Assembly (NCBI GenBank): GCA_032718475.1
Contig: JAUCBJ010003467.1
Location: 62,325-126,324, forward strand
DNA length: 64,000 nucleotides
Direction of reading: 5' to 3'
Origin: Nemertoderma westbladi
Taxonomy: Eukaryota; Animalia; Xenacoelomorpha
The notes under the pieces were generated by a model. That model saw only the letters and a program-made list of their open reading frames with translations. It did not search any database and was not told where the DNA came from. The translations under genes were made by a program, and so were the position numbers. Positions 12,399 to 23,225 of the stretch are shown one piece after another (position 1 is the stretch's first letter; each line of letters opens with the position of its first letter).

Positions 12399-13282
12399 TT
12401 AGTCTTTCTTACGCGGACGGCGTTTACGCAGTTTTTTGAGGCTAGCAAGAGTCCTTTTCTCTTTGGGGCGAGCCACTTTACTAGGAGGGCTGTAACTCCT
12501 GGGTGAAGGGTGCAATACAATTGCATCATAAGGTTTAGGATTACGATCGGTGTATCCGCCGGTCGAGGTACCTGGTTGATCGATATCAACTTCAGTGGAG
12601 CGAGGTCTAACGGCCTTTAAGGCGCGTCTTAGGACAGCAGCTCCTACTGGTCCCTGACGGGTCGTCTGGACAATAGCGGTAGGTGGACCGTGAGTGGTGA
12701 GAAATTTCCTCGGTTTGATGATTCTTTCCAACTCGTGTTCTCGGGCTCTATCGGAATCGATATGCTTCTCCTCGAGCTGATTTTCCTCCGCTTGTCGTTG
12801 AAAACATTTGTCCAAACTCTTGCAGAAAGTAGGGCCGTCCAACTTCGATATCTGCTTAGAAATTCTGGATTTCCTGATCGAACTGAGATAAAGCTAATTC
12901 GTTTACCGCTTGGACTTGTTGCTGCAATTTACATTTCTCTAAACAATTGTAGGTTCCTTTTCTGATCTTTTGAAAAATAGTGTCCAACACGTTTCGTACA
13001 ACTCTCTCCTCCGCTTCGGTGACAGGTTGTATCGGGTTAAACCGGGACGATGATACGGTTGAATGGCGATATTAGATGTCCACGTCCCAATCCGGCTAGG
13101 TAAGATGGGCGAATATTTAGGAAGCCCACAACCGGAGAGCCACCGACTAACTGTTCGGGTAACACTAGATCTTTGAACAGTGAGTACAGTTCGGGAGGAT
13201 CCGTGATACTATTAGGATCAAAAGTCTGAGGTCTCACTAGGAAGTGAAGAGGTCTGACCGAGTATTCCGGAACTCTGATCAT
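12399..13282 (-). CDS. Broken or unknown ORFs at the 3' end of the LTR element (81 aa and 147 aa with a basic C-terminus)
   Basis: ORFs 13037-13282 and 12399-12842, with a further open stretch between them. C-terminal KKLRKRRPRKKD is NLS-like. No recognised domain. Confidence 0.35.
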
Positions 13283-13610
13283 AGGTTTATTTAAGGATCA
13301 TTTGAGTCGAGTGAGCGTAGGTGATACATCGAACAAGTTTCGCTCGAAACTCCCGTAAATATAGCGAGTAAAACTGTGTTTAAAGCAACGTCTCCGTGGA
13401 TGTTTATGTCTTTCCGTTTGTTGGTTGGGTCTTGGGCCTTCATCGCAATAATACCAAAGACGCACGTCTTGTAGGGGAAACGCGGGTGATATTTATTCGG
13501 TTTTACAATGTTCCTCCATTTGTTCGAAGCTATCTGGGATGACAGGTAGCGGTCGATCGGCGGTAAGATACATCATAGTGAAATAGAGCCGTTTGAGTTC
13601 TATCATAGGG

Positions 13611-14114
13611 TCATGATGTATACCTTGAGGATATCGAGTTTCTAGATTTTGTTGACTGGCAATATTGAGATATGTTTCCGCTCAGGAATTCCAGATAATC
13701 GTTGAAGTCGCTGCGTTTATCCGGCTCTTCAACGTCTTCTCTTTCGAGTCTGTTTCGAATAGAATTCTCGTGTTCCATTCTCGGTTTATCGTTCCGACTC
13801 CGCTGGGTAGGATATTTAAATAAAACCATTTCCCTTTTGGTGTCGACATCGTCCGTATCGTGTAAATCGATAGGATGGCCGGTAGTTAAGAAGTCCATAT
13901 ACGTACCATTACGATGCGTATAGCGAGCGGTGAATTTTCTATAGTCCAATTCACGCGTAAGTTGCTCCTGGGACATTGGCGGTTCGATATAACGACCATC
14001 ATCCTCCGTAGTAGTTGGACCAGCATCGCCGCGTATCAAGCTATCAACAAACGCTTGTAAAGGTAGAGTATATCGCTCCCTGATACCAAGATCATCTTCT
14101 ATCAACTCAGTCAT
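13611..14114 (-). pseudogene. Frameshifted duplicate of the 206-aa accessory ORF
   Basis: Near-identical to 16788-17408 up to a 1-bp insertion near 13680. Confidence 0.7.
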
Positions 14115-15786
14115 ATCTGCTATATGAGTTTATCAATATTATAATGAGTTTATATTTAGGCTAGCGGGCGTCGCTGCCTACCCCTCTCGGCCCCCGGACA
14201 GCGCAAGATCCTCAGCGCTGGTGTACTTTCGCCGATGTGCCTATCGCCAACGTCGTAGCTGCATAACGACCACAACAACCAGCGCGAGTCACTCCACCAT
14301 CCATCCCAAAGGCTTAGATTTACTTCAGGTTCTTACTGGAGAGTTAGGGCTACTTTCACAATTGCGACTCGCTACTGTAAACACACTTTAGTAGTAACAT
14401 TCACCTATAAACGCACAAATTCCACACAACTGTCACAAACCGCACACATTCGGGCCATTTGTCCGTTAGTCAAGTGCCTTCCAGAATGCCACGTTATTAT
14501 TGGGTATCCTGGGATACTAGCAGTATGCTATTTATTCCTTATGCTATTCAATGGGCAAGCTTTATTGTTCTTTTAACTCACTTCTAATTCTAGCGTGGGT
14601 GTTGCTATGGTGACATTATGGAACGCTAGCGGTAGAATTAGGGTAATTCTCATGCATACAGATCTGGGATGCTATTTAATAGTAATTCTTTAATTGTCAA
14701 TATTCCTCTTTATACATGATTTTATGAATTTTTATCGGCTATTGACCATATGTTGGAGATTCTCGCACACTAATACACTTAATAGGGTGAATCTCTGCTC
14801 CCATGATCTATTAATTAATGGAATTTTGGGAATGTTATAAATTGTATAAAAATGACAACTTATCAAATTCATTAAAAGATATGAATTTAAATTTATTCCC
14901 GTAAATTTTATTATTTAATATTAAAATAGACACAATTTTATTCCAGAACATATCTGGGGACTGGGATCCTTGATTCTAGGAAATTTGTTCTTTTAAGAGT
15001 ATCGGTAAGTGCTACGATATCTTAATTGACTAGAATTTTAAAGGATCTAAATTTTGACAGATTTTAATTTATAGATTTTCTAGAGTTAACTTGTAAGTAG
15101 TTACTCTATTGTATCTATTTGACAGATTTTATAAATATTAATAATTAATATTTAAGATGGGCACCGGTTTATTCCAGAACATGTCTGGGGACGTTAACCA
15201 TTGATTCTAGAATTTTGTCTTTCAAGTATATCGGTGGGTGCCGCGATATCTTAATCGACTAGAATTACAGATGGTCAAAGGGTTTAACAGATTTATTTTG
15301 CGTTATACGCTACTGTTAAAGGGACATCACGCTACTATATGTATTATTTAATATACGGTATGAGAGCAATATCGCACGAAGCAATGTCAGTGAGAAGAGG
15401 CAAGTCGTTTCCAAGGTCTACCCAGAGCTTGGTTTAGCCGAGACACGAGGATCTGAATTTTGCATTCCTAATACTCTACTTACCAATAATACTTGAATAT
15501 AGTAGGAGCTTTATTGTACTTTAATAAGTACGGATATTTCATCTTACTGTAGTCACGTATTTATAATGTAATACGGACAGTAAGGAAAGAGAAAAAGAAT
15601 TATTTCTCGCCGTCGCACTAAATATATAATATATAAGTAACTAAGTAATAAACGCGAATATATATTGCACTAATCTACTAAATAATCGCTAAAATAACAT
15701 TCTACTAAATAAAATTAAAGAAAACGATTATAATAAAATTACATAATAATACATACATAAATATAAAATAATAAAAACAAATGCTG

Positions 15787-16514
15787 TTACGTTGGGGAGT
15801 CCCTAGATGTTTGTTGGATTAGGGAGGTGGTCGTGGGAAGAGTATCTTGCCTTCCATAGTTTCCGGACAGTTCTCGGTCTCGTTCCAGTAAACATAAACG
15901 ACCAACTGGGCGATTGAGCTGCTGTGTCTCGAAGACAATTCCAGGTTTCCTCTTCGTCCTGGAATAGTGACGATAGAAACATCGCTTCAAATACACGACG
16001 GCCTTACAAAGCCGATTCCAGGATCTATAGTGGTCCATCGCTCCCAGCAGGAGAGGTGAGAGTCCCGGCGAGACGTCTGGTGTTCCAGATCTCCAGTCTC
16101 TCTCTCTGATCTCCACAACAGATCGGTTCGCGGTGGGGGAGTTTAGATCCACAGCGTCGTCCCTGGCAATGTGTAATACAGACAGATCTATCACGGGTTT
16201 AAATAACCTTGATTTACTCGTCCGGGTTTTAGGTTTGACTTTCTCCGCTCCCTTGGCTTGTCTAATCTCAGCCGTGGTAAGATGGGGAGGCCATTCATCT
16301 TCTTTACTTAGGAAGTCGGGTCCACCTAACCAGTCTGGAGTATCTGTCAGTTCTTGAGGAGTTGCTCCTCTGGAAGCGATGTCGGCTAGATTAATCGTCT
16401 CGGGGCAATATCTCCATTGATCTACATTAGAGTTAATATCGTCATTATCTGAGGAGTATGGTGTTCCCTCAGTTGGGTCGTCCACCTCACTGCTCTCCGA
16501 TTCCCATTCACTTA
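15787..16514 (-). pseudogene. Duplicated 3' end of the Gag-Pro ORF (RNase H C-terminal remnant)
   Basis: Copy of 19081-19808 created by the tandem duplication. Confidence 0.8.
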
Positions 16515-16787
16515 AAAAGTCTGAGGTCTCACTAGGAAGTGAAGAGGTCTGACCGAGTATTCCGGAACTCTGATCATAGGTTTATTTAAGGATCATTTGA
16601 GTCGAGTGAGCGTAGGTGATACATCGAACAAGTTTCGCTCGAAACTCCCGTAAATATAGCGAGTAAAACTGTGTTTAAAGCAACGTCTCCGTGGATGTTT
16701 ATGTCTTTCCGTTTGTTGGTTGGGTCTTGGGCCTTCATCGCAATAATACCAAAGACGCACGTCTTGTAGGGGAAACGCGGGTGATAT

Positions 16788-17408
16788 TTATTCGGTTTTA
16801 CAATGTTCCTCCATTTGTTCGAAGCTATCTGGGATGACAGGTAGCGGTCGATCGGCGGTAAGATACATCATAGTGAAATAGAGCCGTTTGAGTTCTATCA
16901 TAGGGTCATGATGTATACCTTGAGGATATCGAGTTTCTAGATTTTGTTGACTGGCAATATTGAGATATGTTTCTCTCAGGAATTCCAGATAATCGTTGAA
17001 GTCGCTGCGTTTATCCGGCTCTTCAACGTCTTCTCTTTCGAGTCTGTTTCGAATAGAATTCTCGTGTTCCATTCTCGGTTTATCGTTCCGACTCCGCTGG
17101 GTAGGATATTTAAATAAAACCATTTCCCTTTCGGTGTCGACATCGTCCGTATCGTGTAAATCGATAGGATGGCCGGTAGTTAAGAAGTCCATATACGTAC
17201 CATTACGATGCGTATAGCGAGCGGTGAATTTTCTATAGTCCAATTCACGCGTAAGTTGCTCCTGGGACATTGGCGGTTCGATATAACGACCATCATCCTC
17301 CGTAGTAGTTGGACCAGCATCGCCGTGTATCAAGCTATCAACAAACGCTTGTAAAGGTAGAGTATATCGCTCCCTGATACCAAGATCATCTTCTATCAAC
17401 TCAGTCAT
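16788..17408 (-). CDS. Accessory 3' ORF of the LTR element, 206 aa, unknown function
   Basis: ATG-initiated, hydrophilic ORF in the env position with no signal peptide or TM segment; preceded by a possible splice acceptor tagcag|atATG. Confidence 0.55.
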   Translation of the reverse strand: MTELIEDDLGIRERYTLPLQAFVDSLIHGDAGPTTTEDDGRYIEPPMSQEQLTRELDYRKFTARYTHRNGTYMDFLTTGHPIDLHDTDDVDTEREMVLFKYPTQRSRNDKPRMEHENSIRNRLEREDVEEPDKRSDFNDYLEFLRETYLNIASQQNLETRYPQGIHHDPMIELKRLYFTMMYLTADRPLPVIPDSFEQMEEHCKTE

Positions 17409-19080
17409 ATCTGCTATATGAGTTTATCAATATTATAATGAGTTTATATTTAGGCTAGCGGGCGTCGCTGCCTACCCCTCTCGGCCCCCGGACAGCGCAA
17501 GATCCTCAGCGCTGGTGTACTTTCGCCGATGTGCCTATCGCCAACGTCGTAGCTGCATAACGACCACAACAACCAGCGCGAGTCACTCCACCATCCATCC
17601 CAAAGGCTTAGATTTACTTCAGGTTCTTACTGGAGAGTTAGGGCTACTTTCACAATTGCGACTCGCTACTGTAAACACACTTTAGTAGTAACATTCACCT
17701 ATAAACGCACAAATTCCACACAACTGTCACAAACCGCACACATTCGGGCCATTTGTCCGTTAGTCAAGTGCCTTCCAGAATGCCACGTTATTATTGGGTA
17801 TCCTGGGATACTAGCAGTATGCTATTTATTCCTTATGCTATTCAATGGGCAAGCTTTATTGTTCTTTTAACTCACTTCTAATTCTAGCGTGGGTGTTGCT
17901 ATGGTGACATTATGGAACGCTAGCGGTAGAATTAGGCTAATTCTCATGCATACAGATCTGGGATGCTATTTAATAGTAATTCTTTAATTGTCAATATTCC
18001 TCTTTATACATGATTTTATGAATTTTTATCGGCTATTGACCATATGTTGGAGATTCTCGCACACTAATACACTTAATAGGGTGAATCTCCGCTCCCATGA
18101 TCTATTAATTAATGGAATTTTGGGAATGTTATAAATTGTATAAAAATGACAACTTATCAAATTCATTAAAAGATATGAATTTAAATTTATTCCCGTAAAT
18201 TTTATTATTTAATATTAAAATAGACACAATTTTATTCCAGAACATATCTGGGGACTGGGATCCTTGATTCTAGGAAATTTGTTCTTTTAAGAGTATCGGT
18301 AAGTGCTACGATATCTTAATTGACTAGAATTTTAAAGGATCTAAATTTTGACAGATTTTAATTTATAGATTTTCTAGAGTTAACTTGTAAGTAGTTACTC
18401 TATTGTATCTATTTGACAGATTTTATAAATATTAATAATTAATATTTAAGATGGGCACCGGTTTATTCCAGAACATGTCTGGGGACGTTAACCATTGATT
18501 CTAGAATTTTGTCTTTCAAGTATATCGGTGGGTGCCGCGATATCTTAATCGACTAGAATTACAGATGGTCAAAGGGTTTAACAGATTTATTTTGCGTTAT
18601 ACGCTACTGTTAAAGGGACATCACGCTACTATATGTATTATTTAATATACGGTATGAGAGCAATATCGCACGAAGCAATGTCAGTGAGAAGAGGCAAGTC
18701 GTTTCCAAGGTCTACCCAGAGCTTGGTTTAGCCGAGACACGAGGATCTGAATTTTGCATTCCTAATACTCTACTTACCAATAATACTTGAATATAGTAGG
18801 AGCTTTATTGTACTTTAATAAGTACGGATATTTCATCTTACTGTAGTCACGTATTTATAATGTAATACGGACAGTAAGGAAAGAGAAAAAGAATTATTTC
18901 TCGCCGTCGCACTAAATATATAATATATAAGTAACTAAGTAATAAACGCGAATATATATTGCACTAATCTACTAAATAATCGCTAAAATAACATTCTACT
19001 AAATAAAATTAAAGAAAACGATTATAATAAAATTACATAATAATACATACATAAATATAAAATAATAAAAACAAATGCTG

Positions 19081-22000
19081 TTACGTTGGGGAGTCCCTAG
19101 ATGTTTGTTGGATTAGGGAGGTGGTCGTGGGAAGAGTATCTTGCCTTCCATAGTTTCCGGACAGTTCTCGGTCAGGTTCCAGTAAACATAAACGACCAAC
19201 TGGGCGATTGAGCTGCTGTGTCTCGAAGACAATTCCAGGTTTCCTCTTCGTCCTGGAATAGTGACGATAGAAACATCGCTTCAAATACACGACGGCCTTA
19301 CAAAGCCGATTCCAGGATCTATAGTGGTCCATCGCTCCCGGCAGGAGAGGTGAGAGTCCCGGCGAGACGTCTGGTGTTCCAGATCTCCAGTCTCTCTCTC
19401 TGATCTCCACAACAGATCGGTTCGCGGTGGGGGAGTTTAGATCCACAGCGTCGTCCCTGGCAATGTGTAATACAGACAGATCTATCACGGGTTTAAATAA
19501 CCTTGATTTACTCGTCCGGGTTTTAGGTTTGACTTTCTCCGCTCCCTTGGCTTGTCTAATCTCAGCCGTGGTAAGATGGGGAGGCCATTCATCTTCTTTA
19601 CTTAGGAAGTCGGGTCCACCTAACCAGTCTGGAGTATCTGTCAGTTCTTGAGGAGTTGCTCCTCTGGAAGCGATGTCGGCTAGATTAATCGTCTCGGGGC
19701 AATATCTCCATTGATCTACATTAGAGTTAATATCGTCATTATCTGAGGAGTATGGTGTTCCCTCAGTTGGGTCGTCCACCTCACTGCTCTCCGATTCCCA
19801 TTCACTTACTTGGTATACCCGTTCTTTTGGTAACCTTTCCATGAGAGTTCTACGGGAAGGGCCAGTAAAGTACCAACCTACTCTAGTTCTTCCCGCATAG
19901 GCTTGTAGTGGTTGCGGTTGAGCAGGCCGTTTCTCCAATGTCTCAAGCGCCTCATGCGCATTTTGGCCGATGAGTATTTGCACTCCAGGGTAATCTGTGC
20001 TGAATCTAGGTATATTAAGCTGCTGGGTGAAATCGTCCTCATCCCAGTTATAAGGTTCTACTTGGCTGGTAGCGAAGTTCTTTATCGCCACCATTTTTAC
20101 TGACCTTATACTGTGTTCTCCTAGTTCATCCTGGGGGGTGGACAACGCACCTACATAATAATCGGCTATTACTGTAGATTTCCAAACCTGCATAATTCCT
20201 GACATGTTTAACTTAGTTCGGAACTTGGGTTGTCCAGCAAAGATGTCTTCGGCTAGTTCTTTGTCGATGAATGTTCCTGTGCTACCGGAGTCAAGGAGGG
20301 CGTTCACTATATAACTCCTTTCAGGTCCGTGGACCCTCAACTGCACTACGGGAAATTCTCGGATTCCTACATTGGAAGTTGGTGCTTTCCAAGATGGTTG
20401 TCGGTCAGAAGTAGTTAGGAGGAGCTCGCTGTCGGTGTCCCTTTTATACGTAAGTGCTCGATACACTGCGGTATTTATCTGGTAACAGGATTCGTTTTCG
20501 TCGGAGAATTCGTCCGTATAGAATCCTTCCATCTCAGAACTTTGGTCAGTGTCATTCACATCACTGAATTGGACATGTAGTTCGGACTCACTTACCTGAC
20601 TCGGGCTGTTTCGCTCGAATTCAGTGTGCAACAAGATATGATGTTTCGCACCGCACTTTGCACACCTTGCGTCGGAGTAACAGGTTCGCCGTTGGTGTCC
20701 TTGTCTGAAGCAATTATAACACAACCGCTTATCCCACATGACTTCACGTCTATCCTTTAATGATTTCCTCAGGAATTCATCACACGCACTTAAACGGTGG
20801 GGCCCGTCACACAGCGCACATTTCGGTTTGATGTTACTTACCTTATTTTGAGTAACGTTGTGCACACTCGTTCTTTCTTCAGGCTTTCTTACATGAATTC
20901 TCTTAGGAGACGTAGGAGGAGTTATTCTTACTTGTTCTCTCCTGTCATTGGTTTGAGACTTGAATTTACTTACGTCCTTAGGCGCTTTATTGACATAATA
21001 AGATCTTTCAGTGTCTTTCCCGCTGTCTTCTTCTTGAGAAGCCTGGCTTTCGCCGTCGTCGGTATAACACACTGGTGTTACCTTTCTCCTAGAAACGGGT
21101 TTCTCACTTACCTTGTTTTCCGGTGTCTTCTCTCTGGACTGCTTTAGGAGCTGTAATTTCACTTCTCCATCTAAGAATGACATGAGATCGGCCATGGTAG
21201 GGTCTCGTCGTTGTTGTTCCATCATATATAACACTTTCTTATCCCAGCGTGTGCCTACTCCACCCTTAGGTAAAGTAGAGGCCACGGCTCCAATAACCAT
21301 AGAACTCTGATATTCATGAGACTTACCTAGCCAATCTAATTGTCTACAGATCTCCTGAATCTCATCGGAAAACTCTATAATCCCGCTGCTAATGAATTTT
21401 CGGGGCGCTACCAATTTTGCATACAAATACCTAGCTATGTTATTCCTATTACCATACCTGATGTTTAGGGTATCCCAAACTTGTCTTAATCCATCTGGAT
21501 GTCCAATAAACTTTAACGCCATTAACTTGGGAGATCCTTCCAAGCACTCGATGAGGAATCTAAGTTTCTCTCCGTTAGATAGCACAGAGTTCTGTATGTT
21601 ATCTTTGTAATATTCATTAAAAGGTAACCATTTCATCTCATCTCCATTGAACTTGACGATCTCTCCCACCTTTACCGCTTGACGGGCTTCGGTTCTAGCC
21701 ATTTGACGCGTAAAACTTTCTTGGGCCATCGTGTTATTTAATATCGAGTTATTGGTATATAAATTTCTCGGATTATGATCAGGTCTATATGGAATATCAT
21801 TGTCAATAGATTTATAATTACCCTTAATAGGGTTTACTATAGGAGTTTCCACTTCACTAGCAGTATAGATGCGTGTAGGCTCCACACCTTGCGCATGAAA
21901 TACTTCAGACCTAACAGGTTGACACATTGTTACAGGGGGTGGTGGTATACCCTTTTGGAGATTTACTAGTTTGTCGCGTTCTAACGCAATACTTTGCTGC

Positions 22001-22497
22001 ACTTCTTGCAACTCTAACCTGCCCTCTCTAATTGTTCCCTTTAACTGCTGCACAGTCTTCCCCATCTCTTGGACCTGCTGAGAGGAGCAAGAACGGTGTT
22101 CCCTCAGCTGCCCGAGAAGGAGACCCATCTCCCGTCGCCCCTCATCTACCCACTCGACCGCCGAAGCGGGAGGCGCCAACGTTGTAGCGGGCGGACGAGG
22201 GACAACGAGCGACAAATCATTAATATTTCGCTCGGAGTCCAGGACATGAACATTTTCAGGGGTGGTTCTGTGGGGCACAGGTAGCTTAGTGCTGTGCAGA
22301 GGGAATTTAGAGGTAGGTTCAGGGAGTACAGGTGTCTCTATCACCGAAGGGGTGGCTTCGAGAATAGGCCTAATTATTTCAGGCTCATCTACTATAGTAG
22401 GGAGTCTTTCTATTTTAATTATTTGGTCTGTGGGTTCTGTACTACCTAAGTCTGTGTTAGTTAGTTGCCTTCTAACAGCTGGGGGCAAATCAGGCAA
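19081..22497 (-). CDS. BEL/Pao Gag-protease fused to an RNase H C-terminal remnant; RT and integrase absent
   Basis: Capsid-like KFNGDEMKW...EKLRFLIECLEG. Triple Zn knuckles CALCDGPHRLSAC, CYNCFRQGHQRRTC and CAKCGAKHHILLH. Protease ALLDSGST...ILIGQN...RVGWYFTGP. Then QWRYCPETINLADIASRG...WLGGPDFL..EWP. Confidence 0.9.
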   Translation of the reverse strand: MPDLPPAVRRQLTNTDLGSTEPTDQIIKIERLPTIVDEPEIIRPILEATPSVIETPVLPEPTSKFPLHSTKLPVPHRTTPENVHVLDSERNINDLSLVVPRPPATTLAPPASAVEWVDEGRREMGLLLGQLREHRSCSSQQVQEMGKTVQQLKGTIREGRLELQEVQQSIALERDKLVNLQKGIPPPPVTMCQPVRSEVFHAQGVEPTRIYTASEVETPIVNPIKGNYKSIDNDIPYRPDHNPRNLYTNNSILNNTMAQESFTRQMARTEARQAVKVGEIVKFNGDEMKWLPFNEYYKDNIQNSVLSNGEKLRFLIECLEGSPKLMALKFIGHPDGLRQVWDTLNIRYGNRNNIARYLYAKLVAPRKFISSGIIEFSDEIQEICRQLDWLGKSHEYQSSMVIGAVASTLPKGGVGTRWDKKVLYMMEQQRRDPTMADLMSFLDGEVKLQLLKQSREKTPENKVSEKPVSRRKVTPVCYTDDGESQASQEEDSGKDTERSYYVNKAPKDVSKFKSQTNDRREQVRITPPTSPKRIHVRKPEERTSVHNVTQNKVSNIKPKCALCDGPHRLSACDEFLRKSLKDRREVMWDKRLCYNCFRQGHQRRTCYSDARCAKCGAKHHILLHTEFERNSPSQVSESELHVQFSDVNDTDQSSEMEGFYTDEFSDENESCYQINTAVYRALTYKRDTDSELLLTTSDRQPSWKAPTSNVGIREFPVVQLRVHGPERSYIVNALLDSGSTGTFIDKELAEDIFAGQPKFRTKLNMSGIMQVWKSTVIADYYVGALSTPQDELGEHSIRSVKMVAIKNFATSQVEPYNWDEDDFTQQLNIPRFSTDYPGVQILIGQNAHEALETLEKRPAQPQPLQAYAGRTRVGWYFTGPSRRTLMERLPKERVYQVSEWESESSEVDDPTEGTPYSSDNDDINSNVDQWRYCPETINLADIASRGATPQELTDTPDWLGGPDFLSKEDEWPPHLTTAEIRQAKGAEKVKPKTRTSKSRLFKPVIDLSVLHIARDDAVDLNSPTANRSVVEIRERDWRSGTPDVSPGLSPLLPGAMDHYRSWNRLCKAVVYLKRCFYRHYSRTKRKPGIVFETQQLNRPVGRLCLLEPDRELSGNYGRQDTLPTTTSLIQQTSRDSPT

Positions 22498-23222
22498 TTT
22501 CGACGGTGGGACATTCTTCTACGTCTATTTAGACGAGATCTATTTCCTCCGCCTTCAGGATCGGTGGTATCGCCTTCATCAGATGATGTATATCCCTGTC
22601 TTTTGGGAGTAGATCGACTCATCATCTGCATTTGACTAGCTGTTAACTGTTTATTTATGCAGTCTTGATTCTCTTGAATATTTTCCAACTCTAGTTGGGT
22701 GGTCTCTTCAGATGTTCTTTGTTCTGCTTCTGCCACTGCCTCTGCCGCTTTTCTTTCCGCTTCGGCCGCTGCCACTGCCGCTTTTCTTTCCGCTTTGGCC
22801 GCTGCCACTGCCGCTGCTACTGCCGCTTTTCTTTCCGCTTCGGCCGCTGCCACTGCCGCTTTTCTTTCCGCTTCTGCCGCTGCCACTGCCCGCTGCCGCT
22901 GCTGTTGTCTTTCTGTACGTTTTTTCTTGACTTGTTCTTCTTGGACCCTAGCGATGCGGAGTCTTTCATCAAATTTAGCTTGGTTCGCAGCTAACATTTC
23001 CACATCGATTGCGTCCAACACAAGCTTGGCTCCTTCACTATTAGGGCGAAGTCCAGACAACCGTCTCCTCAACTCTTCGTCACCTACAAATCGTTGATAG
23101 TCTGACAGATAGATGTCAATAGCATCCCTCTTATGCGGTTTTTCTGCTGTCACTTCACTTTCCACTTGGGAAAAGGTAGCGTCTGTTGATTCTCCATGGG
23201 TTGAGCGCTCAGCCAGCTGAGA
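22461..23222 (-). CDS. Coiled-coil/Ala-rich ORF upstream of Gag (no ATG start)
   Basis: AVAAAEAERKA repeats. Same frame as 23226-24077 beyond TAG TAA; overlaps the Gag ORF, which lies in the -1 frame. Confidence 0.5.
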   Translation of the reverse strand, partial: SQLAERSTHGESTDATFSQVESEVTAEKPHKRDAIDIYLSDYQRFVGDEELRRRLSGLRPNSEGAKLVLDAIDVEMLAANQAKFDERLRIARVQEEQVKKKRTERQQQRQRAVAAAEAERKAAVAAAEAERKAAVAAAVAAAKAERKAAVAAAEAERKAAEAVAEAEQRTSEETTQLELENIQENQDCINKQLTASQMQMMSRSTPKRQGYTSSDEGDTTDPEGGGNRSRLNRRRRMSHRRNCLICPQLLEGN

Positions 23223-23225
23223 TTA

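Larger units (their letters stand above)
13220..19808. repeat. 3.29-kb tandem duplication inside the LTR element (13220-16514 / 16515-19808)
   Basis: Near-identical copies at offset 3294-3295; junction cattcactta|aaaagtctgagg at 16514. Confidence 0.95.

Noticed and set aside
16788-17408. Envelope gene
   Set aside because: No signal peptide, TM segment or cysteine pattern.
22695-23097. Plus-strand low-complexity ORFs
   Set aside because: Antisense shadows of the Ala-rich repeat ORF.
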